Shown piece by piece: positions 22,695 to 34,305 of a stretch of DNA of 64,000 nt. Within the stretch, counting starts at the first letter, position 1. Each line of letters starts with the position of its first letter. The DNA comes from Haliotis cracherodii (lineage: Eukaryota): positions 23,312,001-23,376,000 of the forward strand of contig NW_027266272.1 in the NCBI RefSeq assembly GCF_022045235.1, in the 5' to 3' direction. Position numbers and translations under genes: made by a program. The notes under the pieces were generated by a model, which did no database searches, was not told where the DNA came from, and saw nothing but the letters and a program-made list of their open reading frames with translations.

Positions 22695-23180
22695 GCCTCG
22701 GACCAATACAGCCTGCCTCGGGCCAATACAGCATGCCTCGGACCAATACAGCATGCTCCGGGCCAATACAGCCTGCCTCGGGCCAATACAGCATGCCTCG
22801 GACCAATTCAGCATGCTCCGGGCCAATAGAGCCTGCCTCGGGCCAATACAGCATGCCTCGGAGCAATACAGCATGCTCCGGGCCAATACAGCCTGCCTCG
22901 GGCCAATACAGCATGCCTCGGACCAATACAGCATGCTCCGGGCCAATACAGCCTGCCTCGGGCCAATACAGCATGCCCCGGGCCAATACAGCATGCTCCG
23001 GGTCAATACAGCCTGCCTCGGACCAATACAGCCCCACGGGCCAATACAACCTGCACCGGGCCAATACAGCCTGTCTCGGATTAATACAGCCTGCCTCAGA
23101 CCAATACAGCCCCATGGGCCAATACAGCCCAACGGGCCAATATAGCATGCTCCGGGCCAATACAGCCTGCCCCAGATCAA
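22695..23180. repeat. 20-bp minisatellite (GCCAATACAGCMTGCCTCGG)n with a 60-bp higher-order period
   Basis: Direct reading. Confidence 0.95.
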
Positions 23181-23908
23181 TATAGTTCCTCTAGGCCCTT
23201 TTGCCAGGCTAATATGAAACCCTCAAACAAATATGTCCACGATGTATTACGTGAGCAGATGTAAGGTTGAATGCACCGGGATATTTGCATAGTTAATGTT
23301 AGTGAAAGTGTTATTTAGTAGGTAATAAACACCTTAACGTGCAAACAACAGCTTCCTTGGGGAGAAAGAAGCACTCACGTGTCACAGTGAGCGTTGTATT
23401 CAAGTGCTGTGTCGCTGATGATAGCACTTAAAGAGTGTACGTACGGCTTACCGTAGTTATTATATTTCGTTGAACTAAAAAAATGTGTCATTGTTTTGAG
23501 ATTTTTCAAAACTGTGTGTGTGTTTTCAGCTCTGTGCTTCACCAAAGATCAAAAAGTGGAATGTCATCCATTAACGTACGTAGGTACATACTACATTTGA
23601 CCAAGTCTCCTTCTTACAGAATGTAGGGCAGCAATGTGTATTGGGTCAACGTAAGTGACAGGTGGACGTTCGCTTGACATAGCTGGGACGAAGTTGCGGA
23701 TGTCATGTTAAGGCCTTGCCTGACATCAATAGACCAAAGGTGGTGATTGCTTGACCCTTGGTCTGATTTAAATGCACCAAAGGTGGTGATTGGTTGACCC
23801 TTGGCCTGTTTAAAATGCACCAAAGGTGGTGATTAGTTGACCTTCACCTGATATTGTTGAGGACACGTTGACCACTGGTTCCCCTTGACATGATACTGTT
23901 TGGTCAAC

Positions 23909-24218
23909 GTTGACGATTAGTTGACCTTGACGTGATAGTATTGGTACGCGATATAAAATCGCAATTGTACAATAATTTTAAATCAGAACAGTGGCCGTTC
24001 TTTGAGGCCCAGGTTGACGATCAGTTGACCTTGACTTGATGGTATTGGTACGCAATATAAAATCTCAATTGCACAATAATTTCAATGAAAACTGGCCGTT
24101 CTATGAGGCCCAGGTTGACGATTAGTTGACCTTGACATGATGCTATTGGTACGCAATATAAAATCGCAATTGCACAATAATTTAAATGAAAACAGTGGCC
24201 GTTCTTTGAGACCCAGGT
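23909..24218. repeat. About 103-bp tandem triplication
   Basis: gttgacgattagttgaccttgac...gaggcccag x3. Confidence 0.9.
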
Positions 24219-24602
24219 TATGTTTATTGCCTGGAAGACACTAAATCACTTAGACATAAAGACAAAGTACATTGTAATGGCGATCCACATGCATGTTCGA
24301 AATATCCGGATATACCTTAACATCGAATTCTAAATAAGGGGGAAAATCAGAGTAACTTTATCTGAAACAACTATCTCATGATGAATCTCGTGAAGACTAA
24401 ATACAATATAAACTTTAGACAAGTCATAAACTCAATGGATAGCTAATCTTCATGAACACTATGTCCATATTGTGTTCATGATTCACAAAGCTCCAATGGA
24501 AATGGACACGCATTTCGTGAAGATCCCTTCATCAACAGAAAGACTTGCACTGAAAGGTGAAGTCTTATCGAGGGCCTCACAGTTCGGCAATAGTTTATAA
24601 AG

Positions 24603-24875
24603 TGGTGGTGAAATGGGGTGAACGCGCGCGTGCGTGCGTGCATGCGTGCATGCGTGCATGCGTGTGCATATGTGTGTTACAATTTAACATAGATACCACA
24701 CGCACTTTAGTTTAGTATAGAGAGCCGAATAGTCCTTGTTTGACACTCCCCCAATGCCGAGCGCCAGGCTGAGTGAGAACAAGTTCCATCTGCTAACTTA
24801 TGTTGGTATAACGCCACCAGGGTTCGAACCACAAACCTTGCACAAACCAGACGCTTTATCCACAAGGCCACGGAA
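24603..24875 (-). mobile_element. Diverged V-domain-like SINE with (GCRT)n expansion
   Basis: aatgccgagcgccag...ttggtataacgcc. Confidence 0.6.
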
Positions 24876-24951
24876 TAAATTATGAGGCAAGCCAAATGCT
24901 TCTGATGTCTGCTTCGTCAGTTCATCCCAGCATGTCACAGGAACTGACTAC

Positions 24952-27895
24952 AAGGATGAGGAGGCGGAGGATGACGAGGAAATTAAAGGGGGAGAAGGAC
25001 AAGAAGGAGGAGATATTATGACAGGAAGGAGGAGAGGAAAGGGGAGGATAGGAAAGGATAAGGACAAGGAGGAGGCGAGGAAAGTGGGTGGACAAGGAGG
25101 AGAGGAAAGGAGATGGACAAGGAAGGTGCGAGGAAAGTGGGTGGACAAGGGGGGGACAGGAAATTGGGAGGACAAGAAGGAGAGGAAAGGACGAGGACAA
25201 GGAAGAGGCGAGGAAAGGAGAAGGACAAGGAAGAGGCGAGGAAAGTGGGTGGACAAGGAGGCGAGGAAAGGAGAAGGACAAGGAAGAGGCGAGGAAAGTG
25301 GGTGGACAAGGAGGCGAGGAAAGGAGGAGGACAAGGGGGGCAGGACAGGGGGGGGGGGGGCAAGGGGGGCAGGAAAGGGGGGGGGGCAAGGAAGAGGCGA
25401 GGTAAGGGGAGGAGAAGGAGGCGAGGAAAGGAGAAGGACAAGGGGATGAGGAAAGGAGAAGGACAAGGAGGAGGAGAGGAAAGGGGAGGACAAGGAGGCG
25501 AGGAAAGGGTGAGGACAAGGAGGAGGAGAGGAAATGGGAGGACAAGGGGGAGGAGAGGAAAGGGGGGACAAGGAGGCGAGGAAAGGATGAGGACAAGGAG
25601 GAGGAGGAGAGGAAAGGATAAGGACAAGGGAGAGGAGAGGAAAGGGGAGGACAAGGGGGAGAGGAAAGGAAGAGGACAAGGAGGAGGAGAGGAAATGGGA
25701 GGACAAGGGGGAGGAGAGGAAAATGGGGACAAGGGGAGAGGAAAGGATGAGGACAAGGAGGAGGAGGAGAGGAAAGGATAAGGACAAGGGAGAGGAGAGG
25801 AAAGGGGAGGACAAGGGGGAGAGGAAAGGATGAGGACAAGGAGGAGGAGAGGAAATGGGAGGACAAGGGGGAGGAGAGGAAAATGGGGACAAGGGGGAGA
25901 GGAAAGGATGAGGACAAGGAGGAGGAGAGGAAGGGGGAGGAGAGGAAAGGGGAGGACAAGGAGGCGAGGAAAGGATGAGGACAAGGAGGTGGAGAGGAAA
26001 GGGGAGGACAAGGGGGAGAGGAAAGGATGAGGACAAGGAGGAGGACAGGAAAGGAGAAGGACAAGAAGGTGAGGTGGAGAGGAAAGGAGAAGGACAAGAA
26101 GGTGAGGGGAGAAGAAAAGATGAGGACAAGGAGGAGGAGAGGAAAGGAGAAGGACAAGAAGGTGAGGTGGAGAGGAAAGGTGAGGACAAGGAGGCGAGGA
26201 AAGGATGAGGCCAAGAAGGTGAGGTGGAGAGGAAAGGATGAGGACAAGGAGGAGGAGAGGAAAGGAGAAGGACAAGAAGGTGAGGTGGAGAGGAAAGGAT
26301 GAGGCCAAGGAGGTGAGGTGGAGAGGAAAGGATGAGGACAAGGAGGAGGAGAGGAAAGGAGAAGGACAAGAAGGTGAGGTGGAGAGGAAAGGATGAGGAC
26401 AAGGAGGCGAGGAAAGGATGAGGCCAAGAAGGTGAGGTGGAGAGGAAAGGATGAGGACAAGGAGGAGGAGAGGAAAGGAGAAGGACAAGAAGGTGAGGTG
26501 GAGAGGAAAGGATGAGGACAAGGAGGAGGAGAGGAAAGGGGGGGGACAAGGAGGCGAGGAAAGGATGAGGACAAGGAGGAGGACAGGAAAGGAGAAGGAC
26601 AAGAAGGTGAGGTGGAGAGGAAAGGATGAGGACAAGAAGGTGAGGTGGAGAGGAAAGGATGAGGACAAAGAGGAGGAGAGGAAAGGGGGGGGACAAGGAG
26701 GCGAGGAAAGGATGAGGACAAGGAGGAGGACAGGAAAGGAGAAGGACAAGAAGGTGAGGTGGAGAGGAAAGGATGAGGACAAGGAGGAGGAGAGGAAAGG
26801 AGAAGGACAAGAAGGTGAGGTGGAGAGGAAAGGATGAGGACAAGGAGGAGGAGAGGGAAGGGGGGGGGGGGGACAATGAGGCCAGGAAAGGAGGAGGACA
26901 AGGAGGAGGAGAGGAAATGGGGGGACAAGGAGCAGGTGAAGCAAGGGCAGGAGAAGGAGTAGGACAAGAAGGGGGAGGATGGGAGGAGGAGAAGGACAAG
27001 GGGTGGCAGAAGGTGGGGAAGAAAAAGGAGTAAGGGGTGAGGAGGGGAGAAGGAGGAGTAGGACAAGGAGGAGAGGAAGGTGGAGGAGAAGGAAAAGAAG
27101 GAAGGGGAAGAAGGAGGACGAAAATGGGGGGGGGGGGGGTGAAGAATGGGAGGAGGTGGTAAATGAGAAGGACAAGGAGGAGCTAGTGGAGTAGAAGGAG
27201 ATGGTGTAAGAAAGGAGGTGAAAAGGAGGGAAGAGGTGTGAAGGAGAAGGAGGAGGTGGGGAGGAGAAGGTGGAGGAAGAGGATGTGGTTATCGTGGAGT
27301 AGAAGGAGATGTGTAGGAGAAGGAGGAGAAGAACAAGAGGCAGGAGGAGGAGGAGCATGAAAAGAAGGAGGAGGTGGGGGGAGACGAAGGAGATGTGGAG
27401 GAGAAGGTGGGGAGGAGCAGAGAAGGAGGAGGAAGAGAAGGTGGTTCTCGTGGAGTAGGAGGGGGAGATGGTGTAGGAGAAGGAGGGGGGAGAACAACAA
27501 GCAGGAGTAGGAGGAGCATGAAAAGAAGGAGGGGAAGAGGGGGCAAGAAGGGGGAGGAGGAGATAAGGACAAGAAGGGGGAGAAGGAGATAAGGACAAGA
27601 AGGGGGAGAAAGGGGAGGAGAATGACAAGAAGGAGGCTGAGGAGGAGTGGGGATGTGGTGGAGGAGGAGGGGGAGAAGAATAGTTCGCCAATGACACAGG
27701 AACTGACTACTTGGGTGGTGGGGGGGGGGGGGGGGGGGGGCGAGAGAAGGAGAAGTAGGAGAATAGTTCGCCAACAGCAGATGCATGGGACAGAAATTGA
27801 CTAAAAGGAGGAGGAGGTGGAGAAGGGGAATAAGGAGGAGAGGAGGAGAAGGAGGATGAAGAGAAAGGAGGGGAAAGGGGGGTGGGGGGAAGGAC
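24952..27895. repeat. Polypurine low-complexity tract (GGACAAGGAGGAGGAGAGGAAA-type units)
   Basis: About 2.9 kb almost entirely A/G on the plus strand. Confidence 0.96.
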
Positions 27896-28967
27896 AGCAT
27901 ATTTTTGGTCACCGCTTTAGAACAGGTAATTTGTTGCTAAAAGTTGCACTATTTTCACAACAATCTTTTTTTCAGGAAAGCGTACATTTTTTATTTTTTT
28001 TATTTCATTTTATTTATTTTGGGTGAGGGGTGAGGTCATGTTGCTTTTTTCCATCTACTTCTAGAACAAATCATATTTAAAAAAATTCAAAACAATCTCT
28101 GCCCCAAACAATATCATATGGTCGGTACCTCACTGCATCGCGAATAATGGCGTTTTTGCGTGAGCCTGGTGTATATCGCTTAACGACTACTCCCATCGTC
28201 ATTTGTGTAAACATTACACCGCCGACAGACAACGACAGATTACCACAGTAAGTTTATTTAAACGACCGTTATACACCACCCTTTAGACACAGGATCACGT
28301 TCAGTCAACCGCAAATCAGCGCTTAGACTTAGGGTAACTGTGTGAGTCTGAAGAAGGTTTTACGCAACTTTTAGGTAAATTGCCGGGCAAAAGAAAGTAT
28401 CCATCCATGTTTGATGGTGCCTAATAACGAAACAAACAAGAAATGGTTATTCGATGATGTAAACATTTGATACGGTTATCAAGGTTGTGTTTTGGACCTC
28501 ACGTTAGCAGTGTTTCGGCGATTGTTTTCATTCCAGTAACGTTTTGATAACGTTTGCATTTTTTTTGTTAAAATTTTTTTTTCAAGTATCCCCGTGTTAT
28601 GGGCTTTCGGAAGCTTAAGAAACATTCGTAGTTTTCCCTCTAATCACATGAACAACTGTAAAACATCTCAATCACTTATAATTGACAACTTTCTCTAAAA
28701 TTGAGCCTTCATCCGAATATTTGCAATGTCAGTGTGGTGCTAGATCTCCCGTTATAGCGCGAGTAATCGCGAGAAACATGGCCGTCCGAAAACGTATGAC
28801 GTCCGAAAACCTATGACCCGGCGATATATACATTGATTCGGCAGTTTCATTCAAGTCACAGTGCTGGTGAATTAATGTTGAATGAGTTTTGAACATGTTG
28901 AATGTAAAGAAAGATAAATGCTTGAATGTGTGTTTGCCAGTGTTATGAACGTGTATATAAGGAGTAA

Positions 28968-29627
28968 CGTGTAGGAACCCTGAACAGCATGTGGCGAGAA
29001 GCTCACAGGCACATGACGTCAACATGGGTGGTGACGTCATTATCTACTTTGACGTCACTGAATCTGACGTCAAAAATGTATCGTGTAGGAACCCTGGGGT
29101 GCGTTGCAAAGCGCCAATCGCTTGTGAGCGATGTACAGCGATCCGCCTTACAACAGTGCGCTAACTTTCAGCCGCTTGCAAGCGAAACAATCGCTGGCTG
29201 AGGTCGCTTTGTTCTCAAACCAAAACGGCGGTTTACTTTGACAGCGGAACAAGAAATTCTTGACTGGATCAACGAGGAAATGAGCAAAGGTAGCCAACAC
29301 CCCATCATCCTCAGCCTGCTCTACATCTTCAAAGTAATTATAAATTCCATCAGCTCGTCATCGAGGCTCTTCTATTACGTTCTTCATTACGTCAAGGCAA
29401 CCAAGCGCTAGTTGCGCCGCCATTTTGGAAGAGTGCGCAAGCGCTTCGAACTGTTGCAGACACCGGTATGAGCGATTAATTTGCTTTCTCTTAGCGGTTC
29501 GTGGCTTGCAACGCGCCCCTGAACAGCATGTGGCGAGAAGGTTACAGGCACATGACGTCAACATGGGTGGTGACGTCATTATCTACTTTGACGTCACTGA
29601 ATCTGACGTCAAAAATGTATTACGTCA
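28968..29627. promoter_or_regulatory. Duplicated unit of about 114 bp, each copy with four TGACGTCA (CRE) palindromes
   Basis: Sites start at 29014, 29032, 29050, 29065, 29553, 29571, 29589 and 29604. Confidence 0.55.
29097..29518. mobile_element. PIF/Harbinger-type MITE
   Basis: TIR GGGYGCGTTGCAA; 3-bp TSD CTG confirmed by the paralogous empty site at 28971-28988. Confidence 0.88.
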
Positions 29628-29758
29628 CAAAATAGGTCGTCTATGAGAATCTTTCTTCTCAATCATCCCAAATATTGGCTGTCACGGGAGGTTACAAACT
29701 GAAAAAGTTGACAGAATTATTTTGGATGATAAATAGAATCTTAACCTCGTGTCTTTTG

Positions 29759-29822
29759 ATATCAAATATATCAACACACGGAGTTTTAAACTTTAATTGA
29801 CTCGTGTTGATATATTTGATAT
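29759..29822. repeat. Palindrome with 19-bp perfect arms
   Basis: atatcaaatatatcaacac / gtgttgatatatttgatat. Confidence 0.85.
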
Positions 29823-30509
29823 ACAAAAATACAAGGGTGTGTTATTTGTAACCATAACCAAATAGTTTGCTTGTTTGTTTTGTTAATTGTTTACAAAATG
29901 CGGCATTCGGCAATATTCAACACCATGGCGGCGGTCTACAGGTAAGTAATCGAGTCATGTCCAGACAAACCAGTGATTGATATCGGGATCACGCCGTCGG
30001 GAATGAAAGTGGTCTCAAGGACGGAGTTTATGTTGTTAACGCCGCTGTCATGAAAAGTTCAATATATAATGGCGTCCCGTTTAATGGCAAAGAAAGGGAT
30101 TTAAACAGAAGTTAAGGGTAAAGGACCGCTCGTAAAATCCGGAGAAATTGTTTACTTTTTTTTTTTACTTTTTGCTTTGAAGATAATTTAAAGATTTGTA
30201 ATTATCACAAGGATATGTCTTTCTTGAAAGTGATAGTGTGGAACTGAGAGCACAGATACATACTTAATGTATCGTAGTCATGGCAACGTGTGACTACATT
30301 TAGATTAACAGAAAACATAATGCGAATTTTAAACATGTTCCTCCATCGTGTTCAGTGACATTGACACCATATGCATTGATTATTTACATAGAAGTTTTGA
30401 GGATCGGACACATTCTGGGGTTATTATTATATCAAGAATAGTTTTCTTTGCACAGCACGGTACGTTCTTTCGTTAGACGTTCCGACGACCAGTTATCCTT
30501 TTCCTCTCG

Positions 30510-30791
30510 GGGGGCACGGGTGGCCCAGTCGTCTAAGGTGCCGCGATTCGCTGTGCAGAGTTGCGTTCCTTGGACACGCCAGAAACCTATGATTGTGGGT
30601 TCGAATCCCGGATCGCCCCGATTATGTTTCTAGGTTTGTCAGCACCATACCCGTGCTCGTGGGTTTCACCGAAGTGGTAAACGTCAGAGACTTGCATCAC
30701 TTCGGGCTTTCCTCCCACATTAAGCTGACACGCCGTGATATAACTGGAATACTGTTAAAAGCGGCGTTAACCCAACTCACTCACTCACTCA
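30510..30791 (+). mobile_element. SINE family C, full length
   Basis: TSD cttttcctctcg. Confidence 0.93.
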
Positions 30792-30867
30792 CTTTTCCTC
30801 TCGTTATACTTTTACTATTACCTAATAAGAGTAACATGGCCCCGATGTCCATACGATGTCTGTTGTA

Positions 30868-31038
30868 TAACGTCACACTCAGCAATATTCCAGCTATATG
30901 AAGGCGGTCGATAAGTAATCGAGAATAGGCCAAACAATCCAGTGATTGACATTATGAGCATCGATCTTCGCAATTGGGATACGATGACATGCATCAACCA
31001 AGTCAGCGAGCCTGACCGCCCGATCCCGTTAGTCGCCT
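30868..31038 (-). mobile_element. SINE family B, partial
   Basis: Family match. Confidence 0.85.
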
Positions 31039-31440
31039 GGAATAATCATATATATAGTTCTTAGGAGTATGCAATAATAATTTGCTAAAAGAATATGGAA
31101 AATATTTCATGTATGCATTGACGTCGGAATATTAAATCTTTTACAAACGTAACCTACAATTAAGGTATAAAACATTGTTGAATACTCAACGCTATATTTA
31201 TGTATTAATTAGAAACACCGATGTCTTTGGGGCATTAATATTCCTATAATTGTCACAAAGATAAATTTCAATCATTAAAATGAAGTTTATTCATAGAAAG
31301 AGGAATTTCTTACATATTTTAGATAATGGGGAGGAACTCAGCGCATCTCACTTGTTAGCACGCAGAGCGTGGAGAGAGAGGTACGGTCTACTCTCGCGTG
31401 AACTTAGCGAGCGCGAGGCTTAGGCAAGCGACAACACAAC

Positions 31441-31531
31441 ATGGCGGGCCAGAGTGATAGGACGGAGTTACTAGCTGCGATTTTACTAGCGACTTTACTC
31501 GCGGTTATAGTTACCACAGATGCCACAGAAG
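31441..31531 (+). CDS. First coding exon: signal peptide MAGQSDRTELLAAILLATLLAVIVTTDATE of an unidentified secreted or membrane protein
   Basis: caacATGG start, hydrophobic core with TDA cleavage motif, phase-1 G|gtatgt donor, CpG-rich leader. Confidence 0.8.
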
Positions 31532-33842
31532 GTATGTACATTGTCATTGTATCAAATTCTATTGATTTTGTACGTATTTTGTTACGTGTGTCAAGGAAAC
31601 AAGATTTTCACCTGTGTACGGAGTAAGGAAGTGATACCGAAATGCCTCACAATATAAACACTGCCATCTCGGGCTGGTCCCTGCTTCAAAGCACAAGTTA
31701 ACATGGCGTGACTGTTTTTGAAATGTATTGCTGACTCACTCATTCAAGATGGTGTTATGAAAGTGTCCCATACATAACTGTCTCCAAAGAACCCGCACTA
31801 CCGGTCGATCTCTTTTCAGCTGTCAAAATACCTAGCAATATACTGGCTACGAGGCCTCAGGTGAACGGCCGGAGAAATAAGCATTGTCACTGGCATTTCG
31901 TAATCAATATTTTTTCCAATAGCGTTCATAGGTTAAGGTAGTTTGGTTGTATACTATATAAGGAAGACTATCGTTTTATGACTTAACGTAATTAATAATA
32001 GAACGCGACCATATCGTTTTGATTAAATTCCTAGCCCTACCTGCATGGCTTATGCAAGAAAGAAATTTGCGTCTGCCATGTCTTCTGAGGGCTGAAGTTA
32101 TTACTATGTTAGGTAAATATTTCATCGAGACTCCAAATAGTCTGGGCCTATTGGATGATCTGGGTTCAAATTATAGCATGGTTGGTTTAAATGTAGACAC
32201 CCTGAGTGCCAGTAGGACATATTATTCATGACTAGATTGTTCGCATCAGGGGAAAGGATTGTCACCTGTTTTCTCACCTGATATAATTAAAACTTGTCTG
32301 ATTCTGAAGCTATACTCCAATACACAGATACAAAAGCAGGAAGTTTTGGTATACTGTTCTTGGTAGCATTTGGGTCCACAAAATGGAAATTGATAAGGAG
32401 GAATTTTTGGATGAAAGTTAAAGTTATTAAACCGCTAAAACATATATCACATGCTTTCTTTTAAAAATAACCCAGACGTTTTCTTGTACTATTGATTTTG
32501 AAATCTGTAGTGGTGTGTTATTTGATTTTACCTAATATGCTCAGCTGAGGACACTACTTTACAATCATAATCAACTATATATTCTGTACAACATGTACAA
32601 TAACCAGTTCCTGTAATCTATATACTGTAATCGATGTAATAAGCACTGAGGGCGCTTTCAAAATTAGAAATAGGGGGGTCTTGTTACATGTATTAGAATA
32701 TTATTTTTATGAAAAAAAAACAGATTTGAAAGATAAATTTCGTGGTTTATGCTGACAGCCTGAAATGTTTATATACCGTATTACACGACAGATATATTTT
32801 TCCAGAACTTAATTGCCCATAATTAAGGGTGCATATAACACTTGAGTGCGTATTATACATGAATAAATAAGTCTTGTGTACATTGATCAATCGGAAGGGT
32901 TGCTAATTGGGGTTGTTCACTTGCCAATATATTAGCAAATATCGCCGTGGGTGCTTATCAGAGCGGGGCGCTAATTATGTCGAATACGCTATTCATTGTA
33001 GTGTATCAAAATAGTTATCATTATTCATCCTACATTATGTGACTACATATCGGAAACATTTGAACAGTGTTGCCAAAATCATGAGCTCAATCAAAATCAA
33101 GTTCAGAATCTAGTTTTTATAACAACGTGTCAAAAATATTAAATAGAACTGAGGATGAACCTAAAGTTACACAGAAATAGTTTTACATCTGGAACGCCCT
33201 CCTGCCCTCCACCTGAAAGTGCAGTGTTCCTTGTCACAAGTCTGAAGGATTTAGGTAATTCCTGGGTTAAGGGTGTATGATAGAAAAACAACAAGGACGC
33301 CACGATTCCTTAATTTTGAAAATCATGTCGCTGGAGAGTGACAACTATCTTAATGTTTCTTGCAGCAATGTTGACACTGGCAATCAGTACAGAATGTTAG
33401 TTTACTCTACTCTTGAAGTGTGTGGTTCTGACCTTGTCGAATGGTAATGAGATCCCAAAGGAGCTATATACTCTCACACTCTTCTGCACAAAGACATCCC
33501 CTTGACAAGACATTGTCGTCTTCAAAGAAGCACCAGATTACATGTATAGCTTGAGCCACAGTCCTCCTATGTAAGGAGCATTTACAACCATATCATTCTA
33601 CTTCAAACAGATCCCAAACCCCAGATGAAATATATTTGATTAATGCATGTTTTTATTGTATACAGTTACTACCCTGAAGTGCTAAAAACAGAATCAAGAG
33701 TGTTTCGTAGCATCATTTATGAGTGGTCCAGTTCTGTGCTGTATGAGTGCATACTGAAGCCTGATTTGAATCCTTTGTAGAATGCATATGAAACGGACCA
33801 ATAACCTAAAAATCATCGCCAGGATAATTGCCCTGTTCCTAC

Positions 33843-33965
33843 TAGGGCTTGGAGGGGTAATTCGTGTATTTGGGTTGAGTTGGTACTGAGTAGGACCCAG
33901 GTACTCACAGGACTACCCAGACCCGTGGTTAGTCATGTGATATATTGTTTAATGAGAAAAACTCC
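33843..33965. mobile_element. Fragment of the TAGGGCTGG hAT MITE
   Basis: Similar to 42390-42500. Confidence 0.6.
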
Positions 33966-34149
33966 ATGGTTACCTACTGTGATCGATACTCGCATCAGGA
34001 ATATTGTGATGCATCGGTGTATCATCCCACCACTAGTTCTTAGCATACTTTTTATTATGTGGACTTTCATTATCTGGGCATACAGAGGTCAAACAGCCTT
34101 TTACTAGACTAGGGCTTCGGACCAGTGGCTTAAGTCACAGACTTTTTGT

Positions 34150-34305
34150 CAGTATTAGAAACTGATATTTTCAGCTCATTTGTCCTTATAATGATAACAT
34201 ATAGCAAAACCCTTTAAATTGGCAAAATTCTACTAGTCCTAATGATACCTTAGCTATTGGGAAGTTTGGCAAGGACTATGGGACTAGTGTCAATTTCTAA
34301 TGCTG
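34150..34305. mobile_element. About 155-bp CAG-terminated MITE (family D)
   Basis: TIR cagtattagaaa/tttctaatgctg; four copies in the window. Confidence 0.82.

Noticed and set aside
24922-27912. 700-900-aa Pro/Ser/Leu ORFs and Arg/Gly/Glu ORFs
   Set aside because: A polypyrimidine strand rarely forms stop codons; all frames are open
28340-28410. CTGAAGAAGG possible hammerhead
   Set aside because: No stem II or GAAA partner; at most a very decayed pLTR
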